A model generated the notes under the pieces. The model was not told where the DNA came from, ran no database searches, and saw nothing but the letters and a program-made list of their open reading frames with translations. This document shows positions 9,807-19,474 of a stretch of DNA of 64,000 nt, piece by piece. The DNA comes from Candidatus Latescibacterota bacterium (GTDB taxonomy: Bacteria > Krumholzibacteriota > Krumholzibacteriia > WVZY01 > JAKEHA01). The stretch is from positions 1,856,001-1,920,000 of the forward strand of contig OY970173.1 of assembly GCA_963707635.1 (NCBI GenBank), in the 5' to 3' direction. How positions within the stretch are numbered: position 1 is the first letter of the stretch; each line of letters starts with the position of its first letter. Both the position numbers and the translations under genes were made by a program.

Positions 9807-10769
9807 ATGCACAAGACTCGACTGATCCTGATCGCGGTCGCACTGGCCGTGCTGATCACACCGTGCGTGGTCCTCGGCCCGTACGTGCTCCGGGTGCGGC
9901 ACTTCCGCGCCGACGCGGGCGCCGGATACCACGCCGACTTCTATCTCTATGTGGCGCCCGCCGCGAAGCGCGCTGCAAAAGACGGCAAACGGGCGACTCT
10001 ATTGGTGCAGCCCAACAACTCCGGAACCAACTCCGACGACCCCGGCGTGCACCGGCGGGACGCGTGGTGGACCGGCTTCGGCCGCCACGGAATTGCGGAC
10101 GAGTTGGGCGTGGTGCTCCTTGTCCCCGCCTTTGTTCGACCTGCCGGCGACTGGCAGATCTATACCCACGCGCTCGATCGCGATGCGCTCACGACGGCGC
10201 GGCCGGATCTCGCGCGGGTGGACCTCCAGCTCCTCGCGATGGTGGACCATGCGCGCGCCGTGCTGGCGGACGAAGGACTGCCGGCCGACGAGCGCTTCCT
10301 GATCCAGGGGTTTTCAGCCAGCGGGATGTTCGCAAACCGGTTCACCGTCCTGCACCCAGGGCGGGTCAAGGCGGTCGCGTCGGGATCACCGGGCGGCTGG
10401 CCGATCGCACCGCTGGCCCGTTTCGGAGGGGAGGCCCTGCCGTACCCCCTCGGAGTCGCGGACTTCGAGGCGTTGACGGGCTCGCCGTTCGACTCGCTGG
10501 CTTTCAACGCGGTGCCGCAGCTGTTCGTGATGGGCTCGCTCGACGACAACGATTCTCTCGACTTCGAGGACGGGTGGGAGAAAGCGTCGGCGGCAACGGC
10601 CGACCGGCTGTTCGGGACGAACCCTCTCGCGCGCTGGGCCGCCGCCGAATCCCTGTATCGCGATGCGGGTGCCAACGCACGCTTCGTACTGGTCGACGGC
10701 GTGGGACACGACCGCAAGCAGCTGCAGAGTTTTTCGACCGGGTTCTTCGCCGGCGTCCTGGATCGTTAG
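9807..10769 (+). CDS. Membrane-anchored alpha/beta hydrolase-fold protein
   Basis: N-terminal TM; GFSASG elbow; G..D and GVGH candidate catalytic residues. Confidence 0.65.
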   Translation: MHKTRLILIAVALAVLITPCVVLGPYVLRVRHFRADAGAGYHADFYLYVAPAAKRAAKDGKRATLLVQPNNSGTNSDDPGVHRRDAWWTGFGRHGIADELGVVLLVPAFVRPAGDWQIYTHALDRDALTTARPDLARVDLQLLAMVDHARAVLADEGLPADERFLIQGFSASGMFANRFTVLHPGRVKAVASGSPGGWPIAPLARFGGEALPYPLGVADFEALTGSPFDSLAFNAVPQLFVMGSLDDNDSLDFEDGWEKASAATADRLFGTNPLARWAAAESLYRDAGANARFVLVDGVGHDRKQLQSFSTGFFAGVLDR

Positions 10770-10877
10770 CGGTGGGGTCGACGACGTCCTTGGAATCGAG
10801 GGGTCGAGGAAGTATTCTATCGCACGCTGCTCGCAGGAGGGGGACGGCGGCACGCCCATGAGCGCCGAACGCGGGTT

Positions 10878-11462
10878 ATGACCAAAGGCCGACTCGAAGC
10901 ATTCAGCGATGGCGTGATCGCCATCATCATCACCATCATGGTGCTCGAGCTCAGAGTGCCGCATGGCACCGATGCCGCATCGCTGCGCCCGTTGATTCCG
11001 GCGTTCATGTGCTATGTCTTGAGTTTTCTCTATCTGGGCATCTACTGGAACAATCATCATCACCTCATGCAGGCCGCGCGGCATGTCGATGGCCGCATTC
11101 TGTGGGCCAACCTCCACCTGCTGTTCTGGCTGTCGCTGATTCCGTTCGTGACGCGCTGGATGGGTGAGAACCACTTCGCGCGCGTGCCGGTGGCCATTTA
11201 CGGCGTTCCGCTCCTGTGCGCCGCGATGGCGTACTACATATTGACGCTGGCCCTGGTCGCCCGCCACGGGAAGGACTCCGCGCTGGCGGTGGCACTCGGG
11301 GCCGATTTCAAAGGCAAGATTTCGATGGCGATCTACGCGGTGGCGATTCCGCTTGCACTGGCGAGCGCGCTGGCCGCGTGTCTGTTGTACGTCCTGGTGG
11401 CCCTGATGTGGCTGGTCCCGGACCGCCGCTTCGAGAAGGCCCTGGCGGAGTCACGAGGGTGA
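10878..11462 (+). CDS. TMEM175-family (DUF1211) potassium channel
   Basis: RLEAFSDGVIAIIITIMVL and WNNHH signatures. Confidence 0.9.
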   Translation: MTKGRLEAFSDGVIAIIITIMVLELRVPHGTDAASLRPLIPAFMCYVLSFLYLGIYWNNHHHLMQAARHVDGRILWANLHLLFWLSLIPFVTRWMGENHFARVPVAIYGVPLLCAAMAYYILTLALVARHGKDSALAVALGADFKGKISMAIYAVAIPLALASALAACLLYVLVALMWLVPDRRFEKALAESRG

Positions 11463-11488
11463 GGATCACACGTTTCAAGGAGACCCTG

Positions 11489-14400
11489 ATGCGCTGCACA
11501 ATCATGGCGGTATTGCTCCTGGTGGTTTCCGCGCCGACGGTGTTTGCCGCCGACGACGGCAAGAAGCCCGCTGACAAGAAAGAATGGGACGTCGAGGCGC
11601 CGCTGGGGCCGACCCGCACGGTCGAGTTCACCACCGACGAAGGCACCTGGATGAATCTCGACGTCAGCCCCGACGGGAAGGAGATCGTGTTCGACCTCCT
11701 CGGCGACATCTATATCATGCCCATCGGCGGTGGGGCGGCAACCGTGCTCCGCGGCGGCCCGGCATTCGACGTGCAGCCCCGCTTCTCGCCGGACGGCTCG
11801 CGCATCAGCTACACCTCCGACAAGGGCGGCGGGGACAACGTCTGGGTCATGAATCGCGACGGCTCCAAGCCCAGGCCGATCACCAAGGAAGACTTTCGCC
11901 TGGTGAACAACGCGGTGTGGACGCCGGACGGCGAGTACGTGGTCGCGAAGAAGCACTTCACCAGCACGCGCTCGCTGGGCGCGGGCGAGATGTGGCTCTA
12001 CCACGTGACGGGCGGCGAGGGACTTCAGATCACCAAGCGGCGGAACGATCAACAGGACGTGGGCGAACCGTGCGTCTCGCCCGACGGCCGTTACGTCTAT
12101 TTCAGCGAAGACATGAGCCCGGGGCCCAACTTCCAGTACAACAAGGATCCCAACGGCACCATCTACGTGATCCGGCGTGCCGATCGCGAATCGGGCGAGG
12201 TGAAGAGCATCGTCACCGGCCCGGGCGGCGCGGTTCGCCCCCAGGTGTCCCCGGACGGCAAGCGTCTCGCATACGTGCACCGTGTGCGCAACCACACCGT
12301 GCTCTACGTGCAGGACCTGGACTCGGGCGAACAGCACCCGGTCTACGACGACTTGAGCAGGGATCAGATGGAGACGTGGGCGACCTTCGGCGTCTATCCC
12401 AACTACCAGTGGATGCCCGACGGCAAGGGCATCGTCCTGTGGGCGAAGGGAAAGATCTGGAGAATCGACATCGCCTCGGGCACGGCGGTGAACATCCCGT
12501 TCGAGGTGCATGCGCGTCACGTGATCAACGAGGCGCTCCGCTTCCCGCAGGACGTGAGCCCGCCCCGATTCGAAGCGAAGATGATCCGCCACGGCGTCAC
12601 CTCGCCCGACGGCGGCTGGTTCGTTTTCAGCGCGGTCGGGCACATCTGGAAGAAGCGGCTCCCCGACGGAGCGCCGACCCGCGTTACCAAAGACCCGTGG
12701 TGGGAATACTGGCCGTCCTTCAGCCCCGACGGCAAGTGGCTCGTCTATACCACCTGGGACAACGACGCGGCGGGTGCCATCTACAAGGCGCACCTCGACG
12801 GCGGCGGCAAGAAGAAGCTCTCGTCGCGCCCGGGATTCTACTACTCGCCCTCGTTCTCGTCCGACGGGAAGCGCGTCGTCTACCAGCGCGGCGACGGCAA
12901 CGCGATCCTCGGGCTTACCTACGGCACCGAGCCGGGGCTCTACTGGATGCCGGCGGACGGAGAGACGGACGGGAAGACCCACCTGATCCGCGAGCAGGGT
13001 GAGCTGCCGCGCTTCAGCCGCGACGGTGAGCGCGTGTACTTCGTCGAGGGGATCGAGGAGCAGAAGCAGGCGTTCAAGAGCGTCTGGCTCGACGGCGGCG
13101 ACGAGCGCACGCTCTTCACCTCGAAGTACGCGACCCAGTTCGTTCCCAGCCCGGACGAGAACTGGCTGGCGTTCACGGAACTCTTCCAGGCCTACGTCGT
13201 CCCGTTTCCGAAGACGGGCCGCGAAGTCGATTTGAGCGCGAAGGAAAAGGCGGTGCCGATCAAGCAGGTGACGCGGGACGCGGGCAGCTTCCTGCACTGG
13301 TCGGCGGACAGTCAGTCGCTCCACTGGACGATCGGCGCCCAGTACTTCTCGCGCTCGCTCAAGGAGAGCTTCGCGTTCGTGAAGGGGGCCGCGGATTCGA
13401 TCGCTCCGCCGGACACCAGCGGCATCGACGTGGGCCTGGTCCTGGACACCGACGTCCCGACGGGAAGCGTGGCGTTCACGAACGCGCGCATCATCACGAT
13501 GAAGGGCGACGAGGTGATCGAGCGGGGCACGGTGGTGGTGGATGGCAACCGCATCCGCGCCGTCGGGCCGGCGGCGACGGTGGAGGTCCCGCGCGGCGCG
13601 CTCACGATCGACTGCGCGGGAAAAACCATCATGCCCGGCCTGATCGACGTACATTCGCACATGTGGCACCCGTCGATCACGCCGGCCCAGAGCTGGATCT
13701 ATCTCGCCAACCTCGCCTTCGGCGTTACCACCACCCACGACCCCTCGAACCCGACCGAGACCGTGTTCACCAACTCCGAGATGGTCCGGGCCGGGTACCT
13801 CCGGGGTCCGCGTGTCTTCTCGACCGGCACCATCCTCTACGGCGCCGAGGGCGACTTCAAGGCCGTGGTCAATTCCCTCGACGACGCACGCTCGCACCTG
13901 CGCCGCATGAAGGCGGTCGGCGCCTTCTCGGTGAAGAGCTACAACCAGCCACGACGCAATCAGCGCCAGCAGATCATCAAGGCGGCGCGAGAGCTTCACA
14001 TGATGGTGGTGCCGGAAGGCGGGTCGTTCTTCTATCACAATATGTCGATGATCCTCGACGGACACACCGGCATCGAGCACACCATCCCGATCGCGCCCAT
14101 CTACCAGGACGTCACCGCACTCTGGGGGGCGAGCGAGACCGGGTCGACGCCCACGCTCATCGTCGGCTACGGAGGGCTGTGGGGCGAGAATTACTGGTAC
14201 CAGAAGACGAACGTCTGGGAGAACGAGCGGCTGCTCACCTTCACACCGCGCGCGGTGGTCGACGCCCGCTCGCGGCGGCGAACGATGGCTCCCGACGACG
14301 AGTTCAACCACATCGCCCTGGCCCGAAACTGCAAGCAGCTCACCGACGCGGGGGTGCGCGTAAACCTGGGCGCCCACGGCCAGCTGCAGGGACTGGGGGC

Positions 14401-14767
14401 GCACTGGGAGCTGTGGATGTTCACGCAGGGCGGCATGACCAACCTGGAAGCGCTGCGCGCGGCCACGTGGAACGGGGCCCGGTACATCGGCATGGACCAC
14501 GATCTGGGCTCGCTCGAGGCCGGGAAGCTGGCGGATCTGATCGTGCTGGACGCGAACCCACTCGACGACATCAAGAACAGCGAGACCGTTCGTTACACCA
14601 TGGCGAACGGACGGTTGTACGACGCGCACACGATGAACGAGGTCGGCAACCACCCGCGCGCGCGGCTGCCGTTCTACTGGGAGAAGCCCGGCGCGAGCGA
14701 CGCGTTCGTCTGGCAGGGCGCCGCGACGGGCTTCATGCCGGGAGGCTGCGGCTGCTTCGTGCACTAG
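11489..14767 (+). CDS. Exported amidohydrolase with N-terminal TolB/PD40 beta-propeller repeats
   Basis: Signal peptide; repeated SPDG motifs; MPGLIDVHSH metal motif; GSLEAGKLADLIVLD. Confidence 0.9.
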   Translation: MRCTIMAVLLLVVSAPTVFAADDGKKPADKKEWDVEAPLGPTRTVEFTTDEGTWMNLDVSPDGKEIVFDLLGDIYIMPIGGGAATVLRGGPAFDVQPRFSPDGSRISYTSDKGGGDNVWVMNRDGSKPRPITKEDFRLVNNAVWTPDGEYVVAKKHFTSTRSLGAGEMWLYHVTGGEGLQITKRRNDQQDVGEPCVSPDGRYVYFSEDMSPGPNFQYNKDPNGTIYVIRRADRESGEVKSIVTGPGGAVRPQVSPDGKRLAYVHRVRNHTVLYVQDLDSGEQHPVYDDLSRDQMETWATFGVYPNYQWMPDGKGIVLWAKGKIWRIDIASGTAVNIPFEVHARHVINEALRFPQDVSPPRFEAKMIRHGVTSPDGGWFVFSAVGHIWKKRLPDGAPTRVTKDPWWEYWPSFSPDGKWLVYTTWDNDAAGAIYKAHLDGGGKKKLSSRPGFYYSPSFSSDGKRVVYQRGDGNAILGLTYGTEPGLYWMPADGETDGKTHLIREQGELPRFSRDGERVYFVEGIEEQKQAFKSVWLDGGDERTLFTSKYATQFVPSPDENWLAFTELFQAYVVPFPKTGREVDLSAKEKAVPIKQVTRDAGSFLHWSADSQSLHWTIGAQYFSRSLKESFAFVKGAADSIAPPDTSGIDVGLVLDTDVPTGSVAFTNARIITMKGDEVIERGTVVVDGNRIRAVGPAATVEVPRGALTIDCAGKTIMPGLIDVHSHMWHPSITPAQSWIYLANLAFGVTTTHDPSNPTETVFTNSEMVRAGYLRGPRVFSTGTILYGAEGDFKAVVNSLDDARSHLRRMKAVGAFSVKSYNQPRRNQRQQIIKAARELHMMVVPEGGSFFYHNMSMILDGHTGIEHTIPIAPIYQDVTALWGASETGSTPTLIVGYGGLWGENYWYQKTNVWENERLLTFTPRAVVDARSRRRTMAPDDEFNHIALARNCKQLTDAGVRVNLGAHGQLQGLGAHWELWMFTQGGMTNLEALRAATWNGARYIGMDHDLGSLEAGKLADLIVLDANPLDDIKNSETVRYTMANGRLYDAHTMNEVGNHPRARLPFYWEKPGASDAFVWQGAATGFMPGGCGCFVH

Positions 14768-14782
14768 CCCGCGAAACCAGAG

Positions 14783-15037
14783 ATGACCGCCTGGTACGTG
14801 TACATCGTTCGGTGCGCGGATCGCTCGCTCTATACCGGCGTCACGACCGACCCGGACAAGCGGGTCGGCGAGCACAATCAGGGCAACGGCGCCAGGTACA
14901 CACGCTCCCGGCTGCCGGTCGAGCTCGTTCATCTGGAAGCAGCCGCCGACCGGAGCGCCGCGATGCGGCGCGAAAGCGAGATCAAGGGCATGCGTGCGGC
15001 CGACAAGCGCCGATTGATCGAGGGGGTAAGAGTATGA
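14783..15037 (+). CDS. GIY-YIG nuclease family protein (UPF0213/YhbQ-like)
   Basis: WYVYIVRC.D.SLYTG.T...R..EHN.G.GARYT. Confidence 0.9.
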   Translation: MTAWYVYIVRCADRSLYTGVTTDPDKRVGEHNQGNGARYTRSRLPVELVHLEAAADRSAAMRRESEIKGMRAADKRRLIEGVRV

Positions 15038-15411
15038 GCACGCTGGGGAATATTCTCTGGGTCCTGTTGGGCGGCGGCCTTTTCCTGTTCGTCCTGTATC
15101 TGCTGGGGGGCACGCTTCTGTGTCTGACGATCATCGGGATTCCATTCGGGATTCAGTGCCTGAAGCTTTCCATGCTCGCCCTGGTCCCGTTCGGGAAGCG
15201 CGTCGAAGGCACCGCATCGGCGACCGGAGGCCTGGCGGTCTTCATGAACATCCTGTGGGTCCTCTTCGGCGGGATCGTGCTCGCGGTGACGCACGTGTCG
15301 TTCGGGCTGCTCTGCGCCGTCACCATCATCGGCCTTCCGTTCGCGCGACAACACCTGAAGCTCGCGACGCTGGCGCTGGTCCCGTTCGGACACACGGTTC
15401 GATCGCGGTGA
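15034..15411 (+). CDS. YccF-domain inner membrane protein
   Basis: Duplicated NILW...TIIG(I/L)PF...KL..LALVPFG repeat; ATGA overlap with the upstream gene. Confidence 0.9.
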   Translation: MSTLGNILWVLLGGGLFLFVLYLLGGTLLCLTIIGIPFGIQCLKLSMLALVPFGKRVEGTASATGGLAVFMNILWVLFGGIVLAVTHVSFGLLCAVTIIGLPFARQHLKLATLALVPFGHTVRSR

Positions 15412-15469
15412 GGCCTGTGGTATCCTCCGACACGCCGCGTGAACCCATAGCCGGGAAGGGTGATTGCCA

Positions 15470-15799
15470 ATGGACAATGCCATGACCACCACCGCGTTCG
15501 AGCTGGAGGGCTTCCGCGTGACGCGCAACCTCGGCGTCGTGCGCGGTATCACCGTCCGGTCGCGCTCGATCTTCGGGAGCATCGGGGCGTCGATCCAGAC
15601 CCTCTTCGGGGGCAACATTACTCTAATGACGGAATTGTGCGAGAAGACGCGCAGTGACGCGTTTCGCATGATGCTCGATCACGCTCAGGCCATGGGCGCG
15701 AATGCGGTGATCGGCGTCCGCTACGACGCCAATGAGCTCATGGATGGAGTCACCGAAGTGCTGTGCTACGGCACCGCGGTGGTAGTCGAGCGGGGCTGA
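15470..15799 (+). CDS. YbjQ/UPF0145 family protein
   Basis: LGVVRG...[11 protein letters not shown]...EVLCYGTAV. Confidence 0.9.
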   Translation: MDNAMTTTAFELEGFRVTRNLGVVRGITVRSRSIFGSIGASIQTLFGGNITLMTELCEKTRSDAFRMMLDHAQAMGANAVIGVRYDANELMDGVTEVLCYGTAVVVERG

Positions 15800-15826
15800 C
15801 CCCGCTCCGAGAGGAGGACGCGAGTC

Positions 15827-16363
15827 ATGTCGAATCGAATCCTGCAGGGTGCGTTTGCGCTCACGATCGCGGTGGGGGTAGCGAGTTGCTCGCGAAAGAC
15901 CCCCGAGACATCCGTCGCGGTGTTGGCGCAGTATCCCATTTCGGGGACACTGGACGTGCTGACGCGTGACAGCATCGCGGTGGACAACGCCATTACGTCC
16001 GATGGAAACGGGTCGCTTCGCATCCATGTCGACAGCACCACCACCATTCGCCTCTACGAGGCCGGCGACCTCGACGTTGAGAACGCCCGCATCGTCTACC
16101 AGGCGAAGATCCGGACTGAAGGGGTCGAGGGAAAGGTCTACCTGGAGATGTGGTGCAGCTTCCCGGGCAAGGGTGAATTCTTCTCCCGCGCGCTGCAGGC
16201 GCCGCTGACCGGGACGACGGAATGGACGACGCAGGAGACGCCGTTCTTCCTCAAGACGGGCGAGAACCCGGACAACGTGAAACTCAACCTCGTGATCGAC
16301 GGCAAGGGGACAGTGTGGATCGACGACATCACTGTCACTAAGGGACCGCTGAACGAAAGCTGA
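15827..16363 (+). CDS. Lipoprotein, beta-sandwich (carbohydrate-binding-like) hypothetical protein
   Basis: VASC lipobox; C-terminal G.GTVWIDDI; AGGAGG RBS. Confidence 0.65.
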   Translation: MSNRILQGAFALTIAVGVASCSRKTPETSVAVLAQYPISGTLDVLTRDSIAVDNAITSDGNGSLRIHVDSTTTIRLYEAGDLDVENARIVYQAKIRTEGVEGKVYLEMWCSFPGKGEFFSRALQAPLTGTTEWTTQETPFFLKTGENPDNVKLNLVIDGKGTVWIDDITVTKGPLNES

Positions 16364-17178
16364 TGGCGACCGAAAACGAGTACGTTCTGGGGACCGACGA
16401 AGCCGAGCGGGTTCGGCTCGGGCTGCAGCACCGGCTGTGGAGCGCGCAGGCGTTCGCGTGCTGGGAGCGCGCGGGGATCAAGCCGGGCGTGACCGTCCTC
16501 GATGTGGGGTCGGGCCCCGGCTTCGCCACCCTGGACCTCGCGCAGCTGGTCACGCCGGCCGGGCGCGTGGTCGCCGTCGACGAATCGGAACGCTTTCTCA
16601 CCCACCTGCGAGAACGCGCCGCCGCCGCCGGGATCACGCACGTCGACACGATCCTCCGGGATGTGCAGAGCCTCGATGTCCCGGCGGGGAGCGTCGACGT
16701 CGCGTACGCGCGCTGGGTGCTGTGTTTCACGCCCCGTCCGCTCGATGTTCTCAAGGGTGTCGCCTCCGCGCTCAAACCCGGCGGCGTGCTCGCGGTGCAG
16801 GACTACACGGATTGGGCTGCGCTCCGGCTCTCACCGGTGAGCGAGGCGTTTCTGCGCGTGATGCCGGCGGTTGGAATCAGCTGGCGCGCGCGCGGCGGCG
16901 ACCCGTCGATCGGCCAGCGGCTGCCGGCCCTGATGAAGGAATGCGGGCTCCTCGTCGAATCGATCACGCCGCTGCAGCGCATCGCGCGACCGCGCGACCC
17001 GTTGTGGCAGTGGCCGACCATCTTTTTCTTCAGCTTCATTCCACGCCTGGTGGAGCAGGGCCTGGTGAGCGCCGACGACTGGCGCGCGCTCGAGCGCGAA
17101 TGGAAGGAACGCTCCGGCGACGACAACGCCTTCTTCTGGACCCCGCCGATGGTCGAGATCATCGCGCGCCGCCCCTGA
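16363..17178 (+). CDS. Class I SAM-dependent methyltransferase
   Basis: VLDVGSGPG motif I; LKPGG. Confidence 0.88.
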   Translation: MATENEYVLGTDEAERVRLGLQHRLWSAQAFACWERAGIKPGVTVLDVGSGPGFATLDLAQLVTPAGRVVAVDESERFLTHLRERAAAAGITHVDTILRDVQSLDVPAGSVDVAYARWVLCFTPRPLDVLKGVASALKPGGVLAVQDYTDWAALRLSPVSEAFLRVMPAVGISWRARGGDPSIGQRLPALMKECGLLVESITPLQRIARPRDPLWQWPTIFFFSFIPRLVEQGLVSADDWRALEREWKERSGDDNAFFWTPPMVEIIARRP

Positions 17179-17778
17179 GTGCAGGCCATCGTCGTGGAGA
17201 CCATTCTCAGCATTCTCATCGGGGTCGGACTCGCGGCGGCGTGCGGGTTCCGCGTGTTCCTGCCTCTGCTGGCGCTGAGCATCGCCGCCCATGGGGGCCA
17301 TGTTCCGCTTTCGTCCGACTTCGCCTGGGTCGCGTCGACCCCGGCGCTGGTCGCGCTCGCGACCGCGGCGACGTTCGAGGTCGGCGCCTACTACGTGCCA
17401 TGGCTGGACCACGCGCTCGACGTCGTGGCCACACCGGCGGCCGTCCTCGCGGGGGTCGTGGCGACCGCCGCGGTCGTGACGGAGCTCTCGCCGGTGGTGC
17501 GCTGGGGGGTTGCGATCATCGCCGGGGGCGGAATCGCGGGCGCGGTGCAGGGTGCGACCGTGCTGACCCGGCTCAAGTCGGGCGTCACCACCGCGGGACT
17601 CGCCAACCCCGTGGTAGCAACCGGGGAACTGGTCGCGTCGGCGGTGCAGTCGTTTCTGGCGATCGTGATCCCGGTGCTCGCCTTCGTCGGGATAGTCGTC
17701 CTGCTCGTCGTCGTGTTCACGGCCACGCGGCGGATCCTCTTCGGACGTCCGCGTCGCGTTCACGATGAACCGCGTTAG
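17179..17778 (+). CDS. DUF4126 family membrane protein
   Basis: GVGLAAACGFRVFLPL, YYVPWLDHALD, ANPVVATGE. Confidence 0.8.
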   Translation: MQAIVVETILSILIGVGLAAACGFRVFLPLLALSIAAHGGHVPLSSDFAWVASTPALVALATAATFEVGAYYVPWLDHALDVVATPAAVLAGVVATAAVVTELSPVVRWGVAIIAGGGIAGAVQGATVLTRLKSGVTTAGLANPVVATGELVASAVQSFLAIVIPVLAFVGIVVLLVVVFTATRRILFGRPRRVHDEPR

Positions 17779-17856
17779 TCCCGCCGCAGGAATCGCTGGA
17801 CGATGCCCGCCCCGGCCGCTACCGTTAGGCGAAGCGGCGCCGCACGGGGTTCGGCG

Positions 17857-18567
17857 ATGACAAAACGCCTCCAGGTCTATGAGACTCCCGAGATCACGGT
17901 CACGTTCGACCCGAATGTCTGTATCCATTCCGGGTGCTGCATCGCGACCCTGCCGGCGGTATTCGACGTCCGGCGCAAGCGCTGGATCCGGCCGGAGTTG
18001 GCGAGTGCCGATGCCGTGGCGGACGCTATCACGAACTGTCCGTCCGGGGCCTTGCGGTACTACCGTAATGTATCTCGTGATCCATCTGCCAAATCATCAC
18101 TTGCGCGTGCGGTCCTGCTCAACCAGCTGGCGATGATTCTCGCTTCCGAATCCCCCCGCGAGGCCCGCGCGCACCAGTTCGCGGAGGCGATCCGCGCCGC
18201 GCGCGGCTACCGCTGGGTGGGCATCTATACCGTCGGTTCGGAAGAGATCGCCGTGGTCGGCTTTACCGGCGAGGCCGCACCCGTGTTCCCACGCTTTCCG
18301 CTGACCCAGGGATTGAACGGCGCCGCGGTGTCCTCGGGCGAACCCGTCGTCATCAACAACGTGGCCGAGGACCCGCGCTACCTGACCGCGTTTGGCAGCA
18401 CGCGTTCGGAAATGATCGTGCCGGTGGTTCACCCCGCGACGCGCGAGGTGGTGGGCACGATCGACGTCGAAAGCGAGCGGGTGAACGCCTTCACCGACGA
18501 CGACCGCGCGCTGGTGGAAGACTGCGCGCGTGCCATCGTCGCCTGGTGGGAGCAGGGGACGCCATGA
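17857..18567 (+). CDS. Fusion of a YjdI-like (Fer4_19) Fe-S domain and a GAF domain
   Basis: N-terminal CIHSGCC...PAVFD...WI.P...CPSGAL; C-terminal GAF (WVGIY, GLNGAA, SEMIVPV, GTIDVES...AF...D). Confidence 0.75.
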   Translation: MTKRLQVYETPEITVTFDPNVCIHSGCCIATLPAVFDVRRKRWIRPELASADAVADAITNCPSGALRYYRNVSRDPSAKSSLARAVLLNQLAMILASESPREARAHQFAEAIRAARGYRWVGIYTVGSEEIAVVGFTGEAAPVFPRFPLTQGLNGAAVSSGEPVVINNVAEDPRYLTAFGSTRSEMIVPVVHPATREVVGTIDVESERVNAFTDDDRALVEDCARAIVAWWEQGTP

Positions 18568-19463
18568 CGGGCGCGGACCAGAATTCCGCGGGCGCGGCGC
18601 CGGGCTATCGCATCGACGCGTCCGCCCACATCGGCTACGCGCACCTGCGCGTGCGCGACCTCGATCGATCGCTGTCGTTCTATTTGGACGTACTCGGGCT
18701 AAAGCTGGTCAGCGGGGGCGCGCACACGGCGACGCTCTCGGCCAACGGGCGCGGTCCGGGTCTGATCGTGCTCACGGCGAAGAAGGACGCGCCCGCGCGC
18801 CCGCTGCGCAGCACGGGGCTCTTTCACGTGGCGATCCGGGTGCCGAGCCGAAGGGCGCTGGCACAGATGATCCGGCACCTGCTCGAGTCGCAATGGCTCC
18901 TCCAGGGGTTTGCGAACCACGACGTCAGCGAAGCGGTGTACTTGATGGACCCGGACGGAAACGGCCTCGAGGTCTACGCGGACCGCCCGCGCGACGAGTG
19001 GCCGCTTCGCAACGGCCTGGTCGAGATGGTCACCGAGCCGCTCGACCTGGACGACGTGCTCGACGAACTGGCGGATTGGCCGTCCCCGTGGGAGGGAATC
19101 GACCCGGGCGCGAATATCGGCCACGTGCATCTGCGCGTGTCGCAGCTGGAGCGCGCGGAAGCCTTCTATCACGGGGTCCTGGGATTCGACGTGACCCAGC
19201 GCGATCTGGTGGGCGCGCTCTTCATGTCCGCGGGCGGATACCATCACCACGTCGGGGCGAACGTCTGGTCCAGCGAAGACGGGCCTCGACCGCCGGCGGA
19301 CGCGGTGGGGCTGATTGCGTTCAGCGTGGTGGTGCCGCCGGCCACGCTGCTGGAGCTGGAAACACGAATGCGGGCCGCCGGGGTTCCCGCCCGCAACGAC
19401 GACGAGGGGCGCATCCGCGCGGGCGACCCCGACGGAAATTTCATCGAATTGGTGGAGCGCTAA
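18564..19463 (+). CDS. VOC-family protein (CatE-like catechol 2,3-dioxygenase/glyoxalase)
   Basis: GLFHVAI, VSEAVYL.DPDGNGLEVY.DRP, IGHVHL, GGYHHHVGAN.W. Confidence 0.85.
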   Translation: MTGADQNSAGAAPGYRIDASAHIGYAHLRVRDLDRSLSFYLDVLGLKLVSGGAHTATLSANGRGPGLIVLTAKKDAPARPLRSTGLFHVAIRVPSRRALAQMIRHLLESQWLLQGFANHDVSEAVYLMDPDGNGLEVYADRPRDEWPLRNGLVEMVTEPLDLDDVLDELADWPSPWEGIDPGANIGHVHLRVSQLERAEAFYHGVLGFDVTQRDLVGALFMSAGGYHHHVGANVWSSEDGPRPPADAVGLIAFSVVVPPATLLELETRMRAAGVPARNDDEGRIRAGDPDGNFIELVER

Positions 19464-19474
19464 GGAGGATCGGG

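Noticed and set aside
11333..14932. Very long antisense and alternate-frame ORFs (e.g. 1199 aa at 11333-14932, 823 aa at 6948-9419, 870 aa at 40424-43036, 912 aa at 49986-52724)
   Set aside because: Shadow frames of real high-GC genes; low-complexity Arg/Gly/Ala-rich translations with no recognisable motifs
14783..15037. GIY-YIG nuclease as a homing endonuclease or mobile element marker
   Set aside because: 84-aa stand-alone UPF0213-type protein inside an operon; no intron, repeats or DNA-binding extension
18530..19474. 1026-aa ORF implying a long N-terminal extension of oligopeptidase B
   Set aside because: The extension overlaps the VOC gene in another frame; RBS and signal peptide place the start at 19475
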